A stretch of DNA of 64,000 nucleotides, from positions 260 to 64,259 of the forward strand of contig JAUYHB010000024.1 in assembly GCA_030690305.1 (NCBI GenBank), in the 5' to 3' direction. The first letter of the stretch is position 1; each line of letters starts with the position of its first letter. Under the pieces are notes generated by a model that was not told the DNA's origin, made no database searches, and saw only the letters and a list, made by a program, of their open reading frames with translations. Made by a program: the position numbers and the translations under genes. The stretch comes from a bacterium (lineage in GTDB: Bacteria > Patescibacteriota > Minisyncoccia > Phycocordibacterales > JAGLPS01). This document shows, piece by piece, positions 57,589 through 64,000 of this stretch.

Positions 57589-58017
57589 ATGCGCGTGAAA
57601 ATTGATGTTGAAGAAATGTCAAAAGCAACATGCATACCTGCCGAGACAATCAGGCGGGCACTGACCCTGAGAAGACCGACATTGGAAATAGGGGAAAAGC
57701 GGTATCCTGAATCTTTATTTGATTATATGGTTATCGCTTTTGAAAAGTCACCTTCCCCAAATTCTCTTCGGAAGATAATTTGTCAGTACTTTCTTGCAGT
57801 TAAATTTCAGCGGAAATACCCGACCCAAGCGGAGTTTAAAATGATGGAAAGATTTTTCGAAACAGTAGTTAAAGACGAAAATCCTTCCGAAGCGTTGCGT
57901 ATATGGAAACGCATGCCAATGAGATTCCGAAACGGGGTACATGAGATTTTTATCGCGTATTTCTATTCCCAACGCAATAAATTTGTACGCGAGCATGCAT
58001 ATCGTTTTCGCAAATGA
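57589..58017 (+). CDS. hypothetical protein
   Basis: ORF only. Confidence 0.4.
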   Translation: MRVKIDVEEMSKATCIPAETIRRALTLRRPTLEIGEKRYPESLFDYMVIAFEKSPSPNSLRKIICQYFLAVKFQRKYPTQAEFKMMERFFETVVKDENPSEALRIWKRMPMRFRNGVHEIFIAYFYSQRNKFVREHAYRFRK

Positions 58018-58019
58018 AA

Positions 58020-58165
58020 ACTGTTCGCAATCTCTTTTTCAAAGTACGGATATTTTCTTACTAGAAAATTCCTCGAGTTCGCGCCAGTCGCGCTCACTAG
58101 TCTCTGAAAAAAAGATTGTTCACTTCAACGACCCGAGGGGAAAGGGGTCTGAAGAAAAAAGCCCT
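58020..58165. repeat. repeat copy R2 (inverted relative to R1), between convergent genes
   Basis: Reverse complement is about 85% identical to 12698-12847, including the palindrome. Confidence 0.7.
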
Positions 58166-58190
58166 TCGCATAAAGCGAAGGGCTTTTCTT
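58157..58190. terminator. rho-independent terminator of rpoD
   Basis: aagcccttcgc-ataa-agcgaagggctt followed by ttctttttt. Confidence 0.6.
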
Positions 58191-58192
58191 TT

Positions 58193-59398
58193 TTAATGAT
58201 AGTTGCGCAGACGGTTAATCTTTTTATGCTGACGCATCTTTTCGTGCGCTTTTGCCTCAATCTGACGGATACGCTCTCGGGTTACCCCGAACTCTTTTCC
58301 GACTTCTTCAAGAGTGTGCGTTACCCCATCGACAAGACCATGACGCATTTCAAGAATTTTTCTTTCTTTCGGCGGAAGACTGTCGAGAATTTCTTTGACT
58401 TGGTCGGCAACGATACGACGAGAAGTGTCTTCTTCGGGTGAAAGGATTTTGTCGTCGGGAACAAAGTCCCCGAGTACCGATTTTCCGTCGTCTCCGTCAT
58501 CCCCCACCGGACTTTCAAGCGACACCGTATTTTGGTCGATTTTTTCTATTTGGTAAATTTTTTCGACTTCCATATTCATTTCTGTGGCAATTTCCTCCGG
58601 TAACGGGTCACGGCCAAGGTCCTGGGAAAGACGACGCACCACCTGTTTGTATTTCGCAATTGTTTCAACCATATGCACCGGCACACGGATGGTGCGGGAC
58701 TGGTCGGCCAACGCACGCGTGATTGCCTGTCTGATCCACCATGTCGCGTAAGTTGAGAACTTAAAACCTTTTGTCCAGTCAAACTTATCTACCGCTTTGA
58801 AAAGGCCCAGGTTCCCTTCTTGAATAAGGTCGAGAAGCGTGAGGTCCGGACTGCGACCAACATATTTTTTGGCGATTGAAACAACAAGACGAAGGTTTGA
58901 CCGGGCAAGGAGATTTTTTGCTTCATCATCTCCGGCGAGAATTCGTTTCGCAAGTTCCTTTTCTTGTGCCCCGTTAATCAAAGGATATTGTCCGATTTCC
59001 TTAAGATACATCTGAATCGAATCGTATGATTCTCCAGAAGTCGAGTCGTCTTTATATCCGAGCTTTTTGAGAGCAACATCGTCATCGATTGGGGTATCCA
59101 AAAGATTGCCTCCTTCCAAAACGTCAATGCCCCTGGTGGTCAAACGTTCATACAGTTCATCAAGAAAGGAAACGTTGTCTTCAATAGTCGGGAACTCTTT
59201 GAGGATTTCGTCATATGTTACAAAACCCCGCTGTTTCCCTTTCCCAAGCAAAATTTCCACCTTCATTTCAAAGTTTTCCTTTTTTGTCCCCTTATGCTCG
59301 GTGACAGCCGCTTTCTTTACGGGTTTTTTTGTCGGGCGTTTCTTTTGGTGGGAGCGGGATTTTCCGGCTTGTTTTTTTGTTTTCTTTTTCTTAATCAT
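58193..59398 (-). CDS. rpoD: RNA polymerase sigma-70 factor RpoD
   Basis: Regions 1.2-4: '[11 protein letters not shown]', '[13 protein letters not shown]', '[20 protein letters not shown]'. Confidence 0.9.
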   Translation of the reverse strand: MIKKKKTKKQAGKSRSHQKKRPTKKPVKKAAVTEHKGTKKENFEMKVEILLGKGKQRGFVTYDEILKEFPTIEDNVSFLDELYERLTTRGIDVLEGGNLLDTPIDDDVALKKLGYKDDSTSGESYDSIQMYLKEIGQYPLINGAQEKELAKRILAGDDEAKNLLARSNLRLVVSIAKKYVGRSPDLTLLDLIQEGNLGLFKAVDKFDWTKGFKFSTYATWWIRQAITRALADQSRTIRVPVHMVETIAKYKQVVRRLSQDLGRDPLPEEIATEMNMEVEKIYQIEKIDQNTVSLESPVGDDGDDGKSVLGDFVPDDKILSPEEDTSRRIVADQVKEILDSLPPKERKILEMRHGLVDGVTHTLEEVGKEFGVTRERIRQIEAKAHEKMRQHKKINRLRNYH

Positions 59399-59447
59399 GT
59401 AAATAAACGTGATAGATAATAAAATAAAGAACCTACGGGCGTACGGG

Positions 59448-61148
59448 TCATGTGATCCCCGAGAGCCGGTCGATTTTTTGATTAATATCGGCCTGTTTTT
59501 TCAAAAGATTACCGAGTAGAGTTTCATTTTTATCTTCTTCGGCAATTTTTATTTCCTGTTGTATGATATTCGCCTCTTCCCGCAAAAGCGTCCGTGCGTA
59601 GTTTTCCGCGACTTCCCGCACCTTTTTTTCGGTAACCGGCCGTTGTCCGTACAATTCGGTAACGTGAATGGTGAAAATTTCTTTCATTCCTTCGGTTCCG
59701 TGCAAAAGGGTGTCAACTGCTTCTTTCCCGAGATACTCTTCAACAATTGCGGTAATACGATCCGCAGAGACGGCAGGTTCAGGAAGGCCGCTTTGCCAAT
59801 ATACTATTCCCACCAATTCGTCACGTGGAGAAAGGCGCGGTTGGTACGGGGTAGATGTCGTGTTCTTTTCCGTGGTTTTGCCTGCCGCCGTTTTCCCGAG
59901 GTCCTGCCACAATGCCTCTTCTCGAATATTTGTTTTGTTGGAAATATTTTTCACAAAATGCGCTTGCTCAATGGAACTCGAAAGACCCCGCACATAGGGC
60001 AACACTTTTTCCTTGATGTTCTTGCCAAGAGAACGTGTGTTGCCTTTGTTTTCGGAAATCACTTTATCAAGATAAAAGTCAATAAGATGTTTGGAAGATT
60101 TTATGATTTCCTTCCAGTCTTCCGTGTTCTCCCCTAACACATCGGCAGGATCTTTTCCTTGGGGGCATGTGGCAACCTTTACTTCCATCCCGAGCGGAAG
60201 GGCGATATCGGCGGCGCGTAATGAAGCATTGCGTCCTGCCTCGTCCGAGTCATATGCCATAACCACGCGGTTTGAAATCTTCTTTAGCATGGTGAGATGC
60301 CCTTCGGTAAGCGCCGTTCCCGATGACGCGACGGTATGGGTAAAACCACCCTGATGGGACAATACGATATCCATTTGCCCTTCAACCAAAATCGCATAAT
60401 CATGTTTCCGTATCGCCGTTTTCGCGCGGTGAAGTCCGTACAGAGCCTGCGATTTGTTGAAAAACACCGTATCCGGGCTGTTGAGGTATTTGGGAGCATC
60501 GGGGGTGTCGTGCAAGATTCTTCCCGAAAACGCTATGATACGGCCCACCGTGTCAAAAATCGGGAAAATAATTCGGTCGCGGAATGTGTCGTACGGATTG
60601 CCCTCTTCCCCCTTTTTAAGCAGCCCCACCTTTTCCATATCAACCTTATTGAATCCCTGCGAAATCATGGCTTCGTATAACGCCCGCCATTCATTGGGTG
60701 CGTATCCGATCCGCCACGTGGCAATTGTTTGAGAAAGCAATTTTCTTTTAAGAAGATAGTCCGTCGCCTCTTTGTTTTTCTTTAGATTTTCTTCAAAAAA
60801 TTGCGTGGCCTTTTCGAGCAAGTCGTAGAGACGGTCGCGTTCTTCCTGTTTTTCTTTCGGCTCAAAAACAAGTTGCACGCCCGCTTTGTCGGCAAGCATT
60901 TTAAGCGCACCCTGAAAATCAACTCCTTCAACTTCTTGGATGAAAGAGAACATGTCGCCTCCTTTTCCCGAAGAAAAACAGTAGTAGAGTCCCTTCTCCG
61001 AGGACACGAAAAAAGAAGGAGTTTTTTCGTTGGTGAAAGGTGACAGACCTTTGTAGTGCTTACCTGCCTTCGTCAGTTTTACATAGGACCCTATAACATC
61101 AACGATATCGAGTTTTTCTTTTATTGTGGAAACGTTTGAAGAAGACAT
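59448..61148 (-). CDS. dnaG: DNA primase DnaG
   Basis: Zinc-binding '[11 protein letters not shown]', TOPRIM 'ILVEGQMD...DSDEAG'. Confidence 0.9.
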   Translation of the reverse strand: MSSSNVSTIKEKLDIVDVIGSYVKLTKAGKHYKGLSPFTNEKTPSFFVSSEKGLYYCFSSGKGGDMFSFIQEVEGVDFQGALKMLADKAGVQLVFEPKEKQEERDRLYDLLEKATQFFEENLKKNKEATDYLLKRKLLSQTIATWRIGYAPNEWRALYEAMISQGFNKVDMEKVGLLKKGEEGNPYDTFRDRIIFPIFDTVGRIIAFSGRILHDTPDAPKYLNSPDTVFFNKSQALYGLHRAKTAIRKHDYAILVEGQMDIVLSHQGGFTHTVASSGTALTEGHLTMLKKISNRVVMAYDSDEAGRNASLRAADIALPLGMEVKVATCPQGKDPADVLGENTEDWKEIIKSSKHLIDFYLDKVISENKGNTRSLGKNIKEKVLPYVRGLSSSIEQAHFVKNISNKTNIREEALWQDLGKTAAGKTTEKNTTSTPYQPRLSPRDELVGIVYWQSGLPEPAVSADRITAIVEEYLGKEAVDTLLHGTEGMKEIFTIHVTELYGQRPVTEKKVREVAENYARTLLREEANIIQQEIKIAEEDKNETLLGNLLKKQADINQKIDRLSGIT

Positions 61149-61207
61149 TAGATAGAGTTTTACTGGGGTTCAACTTCTGGCGCCCTGCGGCTTCCCCGCA
61201 GGGTTCT

Positions 61208-64000
61208 TTATGCTTCGCCTTCCTCTTCTGTCGTATTTTCGTACTGCCTTTGAAGCTTGTCGATTAATTCTTTTTTGGGACTTCCTTCATAACTGGTACC
61301 GGCGGGGATGAGACGCCCGATAATGACATTTTCCATGAGGCCGGAAAGGTGGTCTTCCTTACCGCGTATGGAAGCGTCTATAAGGACGCGGGTCGTGTGC
61401 TGGAATGAAGCGGCTGAAAGGAAGCTTTTCTTTGAAAGAGATACTTCGGTGATACCCATGATGACGGATTCGGTTTTCGCTTCCTCCCCGCCTCTTTCTT
61501 TGGCGGCAGCATTTTCTTTGGCAAGCGTTACATCATCTACCACGTCACCGACCGTAAGGGGCGTATCGCCCTGGTCTTTGATGCGGCGACGGGAAAACAT
61601 CTGCTTCATGATAACTTCAATGTGTTTTCGCGATACCGTTTCTCCCTGCAATTCATACGGCTTCGTGATTTCTTTGATGATGTATTCTTGAGTTTTTTCC
61701 TTGCCTGCGAAACGGAACAATTCGTCGAGGTCGGCCGAACCGTCGGTAAGCATTTCTCCCTTGAGAACCTTGTCGCCCACTTTGACAAGAATCATGCGAG
61801 CCCGGCTGACGACATACTCAACCGAATCTTTCGATTTTCCTTTACTTCCTCCTTCCGGCAACATGGTAATGACCATGTCTTTGGCGGACGGCTGAATGTC
61901 GGAAATGACACCGTCAACATGACTTATGACAGCGGGGTTTTTGGGTCTCCGTTTTTCAAACACTTCTTCGACACGAGGAAGACCTGCGGTAATGTCACCG
62001 CCGACTGAAGCTGTGCCTCCGGCATGGAACGTTCTCATTGTCAGCTGCGTACCGGGTTCACCGATAGCTTGGGCCGCGACAGTTCCAACCGCTTCCCCGA
62101 TGTTAATCATTTTATTATTTCCAAGGTCGGCACCATAACATTTCACGCATACACCGAGACTTGATTTACAGGTCAAAGACGAACGCACGCGAACGGCGGA
62201 AATTCCCGCGGCTTCAATTTTTTGCGCTTCTTCTTTTGTGAGGTAGTGGTTGCGTTCGAAAATCATTTTTCCCTTATCATCCTTCACGTCTTCAGCCAAG
62301 AACCGTCCTTTGATTTTTGAGACGATGGAAAGGTCGATACCCGAAGCCGTTTCTTTTTTGATGATGATTCCTTCTTTGGTACCGCAATCTTCTTCGGAAA
62401 CAACAACGTCTTGGGCAACGACAAACAATTTTCTTGTAAGATATCCGGCTTTGGCGGTGTTGAGCGCGGTATCGGTCAAGCCTTTACGGGAACCGTGCGT
62501 GGTAATGAAGTACTCGATTGAAGTCAGACCTTCCTTGATTGAGGATATGATTGGAAAGTCGATGGTTTCTCCGGCGGTATTTTGGATAAGACCCTTCATG
62601 CCGGCCATCTGAGTGAGGTTTCCGAGAGAACCGCGGGCACCCGACTTCAACATGTCGTAGACGGGACCGTTTTTCTCCAATGTATCCGGAATAAGAGCCT
62701 CAACTTCGTTTTTAGCGGCATGCCATATTTCAATGTTTTTTCTGAAACGTTCTTCGCCTGAAATAAGTCCCGCGTTGTATTGCTCAAGCACCGTTTGGGT
62801 TTTCTTTTCCGCTTCTTCAATGATACGAGATTTTCCAGCGGGAACTTTGACATCTTCCAATCCCCATGTAATACCGGCAACGGTTGTGTATTTGAATCCG
62901 AATCGCTTGATTTTGTCCATTATTTTAGGCACGTTTTCAATACCGTATCGTTCAATAAGGTCATCAACAAGCGCGGACATTTTCTTTCTCTCGATTTCTT
63001 CGTTTAAGAAGGGGTAGTCGGACGGCAACACGCTGTTGAAAAGCAGACGTCCTACCGTTGTTTCAAATAATTTTCCCTGAAACGGAGTGTATTTCGGTTT
63101 ATCCGTCGGAAGTACCTTGATGGGCGCGCGGAAATCCAATTCTCCGAATTCGTATGCCGTGATGGCGCTGTTGGGACTCGAGAAGAATTTGTTTTCTCCC
63201 TTTGAGCCCGGAACGATTTTTGTCATCCAGTAACAGCCCAAAACGATATCAAGCATCTTTGCACTGATAATCGGATTGCCGCTTCCCGGTTTTAGAATGT
63301 TTTTGTCCGCGGCCATAATCATCTTCGCCTCAAGCTGAGCTTCTTCCGATAATGGAACGTGAACAGCCATCTGGTCACCGTCGAAGTCCGCGTTAAACGC
63401 GGTACAGACAAGCGGGTGAATTTGAATGGCGTTTCCTTCAATAAGAACGGGTCTGAATGCCTGGATAGAAAGGCGATGCAAGGTCGGAGCGCGGTTTAAG
63501 AGTACGTATTTGCCTTTGATAACATCTTCAAGAATTGCCCAGACTTCGGGAATTCCCTCTTCTATAAGACGGCTCGCGCCGCGGATGTTAAAGGCAAGTT
63601 CCTGTTTCAAAAGTTCGGAAATAACGAATGGTTTGAAGAGTTCAAGAGCCATGTGCTTCGGCAATCCGCATTCATCCATCGCAAGGTCCGGACCGATAAC
63701 GATAACGGAACGTCCCGAATAGTCGACGCGTTTTCCAAGCAAGTTCTGGCGGAACAAGCCGCGCTTCCCTTTCAGGTTATCGGCAAGAGACTTAAGCGGG
63801 CGGCGTTGGGACTGGTTAATGGCCGAAGTTAGGTTGTTCCCGTGGCGAATCGTGTTATCGATAAGCGCATCAACGGCTTCCTGTAAAATTCTTTTTTCGT
63901 TTCGCAAAATAACGTCGGGAGCGTTGATTTCCTTCAATTTCTTTAGACGATTGTTTCTGTTGATGACGCGCCGGTACAGGTCGTTAACGTCGGAGGTCGC
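61208..64000 (-). CDS. rpoC: DNA-directed RNA polymerase subunit beta' (3' portion; N-terminus lies beyond the window end)
   Basis: '[12 protein letters not shown]', '[12 protein letters not shown]'. The reading frame is open to position 64000. Confidence 0.95.
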   Translation of the reverse strand, partial: ATSDVNDLYRRVINRNNRLKKLKEINAPDVILRNEKRILQEAVDALIDNTIRHGNNLTSAINQSQRRPLKSLADNLKGKRGLFRQNLLGKRVDYSGRSVIVIGPDLAMDECGLPKHMALELFKPFVISELLKQELAFNIRGASRLIEEGIPEVWAILEDVIKGKYVLLNRAPTLHRLSIQAFRPVLIEGNAIQIHPLVCTAFNADFDGDQMAVHVPLSEEAQLEAKMIMAADKNILKPGSGNPIISAKMLDIVLGCYWMTKIVPGSKGENKFFSSPNSAITAYEFGELDFRAPIKVLPTDKPKYTPFQGKLFETTVGRLLFNSVLPSDYPFLNEEIERKKMSALVDDLIERYGIENVPKIMDKIKRFGFKYTTVAGITWGLEDVKVPAGKSRIIEEAEKKTQTVLEQYNAGLISGEERFRKNIEIWHAAKNEVEALIPDTLEKNGPVYDMLKSGARGSLGNLTQMAGMKGLIQNTAGETIDFPIISSIKEGLTSIEYFITTHGSRKGLTDTALNTAKAGYLTRKLFVVAQDVVVSEEDCGTKEGIIIKKETASGIDLSIVSKIKGRFLAEDVKDDKGKMIFERNHYLTKEEAQKIEAAGISAVRVRSSLTCKSSLGVCVKCYGADLGNNKMINIGEAVGTVAAQAIGEPGTQLTMRTFHAGGTASVGGDITAGLPRVEEVFEKRRPKNPAVISHVDGVISDIQPSAKDMVITMLPEGGSKGKSKDSVEYVVSRARMILVKVGDKVLKGEMLTDGSADLDELFRFAGKEKTQEYIIKEITKPYELQGETVSRKHIEVIMKQMFSRRRIKDQGDTPLTVGDVVDDVTLAKENAAAKERGGEEAKTESVIMGITEVSLSKKSFLSAASFQHTTRVLIDASIRGKEDHLSGLMENVIIGRLIPAGTSYEGSPKKELIDKLQRQYENTTEEEGEA

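Noticed and set aside
59559-60137. 192-aa plus-strand ORF inside dnaG
   Set aside because: Antisense to primase. No independent support.

Overview
The window comes from a small-genome bacterium. Compact housekeeping operons, a 431-aa ProRS, a HisRS without anticodon-binding domain and an ATPase-degenerate PriA are reminiscent of Patescibacteria/CPR-like lineages, but taxonomy cannot be fixed from sequence alone. Most of the window is minus-strand core genes: a truncated dcw cluster (mraZ-rsmH-ftsL-ftsI-murF), lysS, greA, mrdA-mreD-mreC-mreB, proS, rseP, frr, holB-like, a second mreB, murA, a priA-like gene, def-fmt, hpf, a 7-gene extracytoplasmic thiol-redox/copper P-type ATPase operon, an ABC exporter pair, yvcK, a class I aldolase-like gene, rpmG, eno, an RRM protein, truB, a hisS-like gene, uppP, a dsbA-like gene, a UvrD/AddA-like helicase-nuclease, rpoD, dnaG and the 3' part of rpoC. 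Accessory and unusual content: (i) positions 1-5250, a tRNA-Glu-adjacent integrated element whose large serine recombinase gene runs into the tRNA 3' end; it carries a Res-like SF2 helicase/PD-(D/E)xK nuclease with atypical codon usage and an unknown 280-aa partner, a candidate defense locus. (ii) An ORF-poor locus (39.5-41.4 kb) with tRNA-Asn followed by two tandem partial copies of its 3' end, each preceded by a terminator hairpin, plus tiny ORFs. (iii) A dispersed family of about 90-150 bp intergenic repeats with at least six copies that share a 25-bp palindrome and a 34-bp module. (iv) Reduced housekeeping homologs: a stand-alone adenylosuccinate synthetase C-terminal domain with a strong SD, a PriA lacking the Walker A and DExH motifs, and a truncated HisRS. 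No CRISPR array or rRNA was seen. All calls are by eye from the translations and raw sequence; no searches were run.
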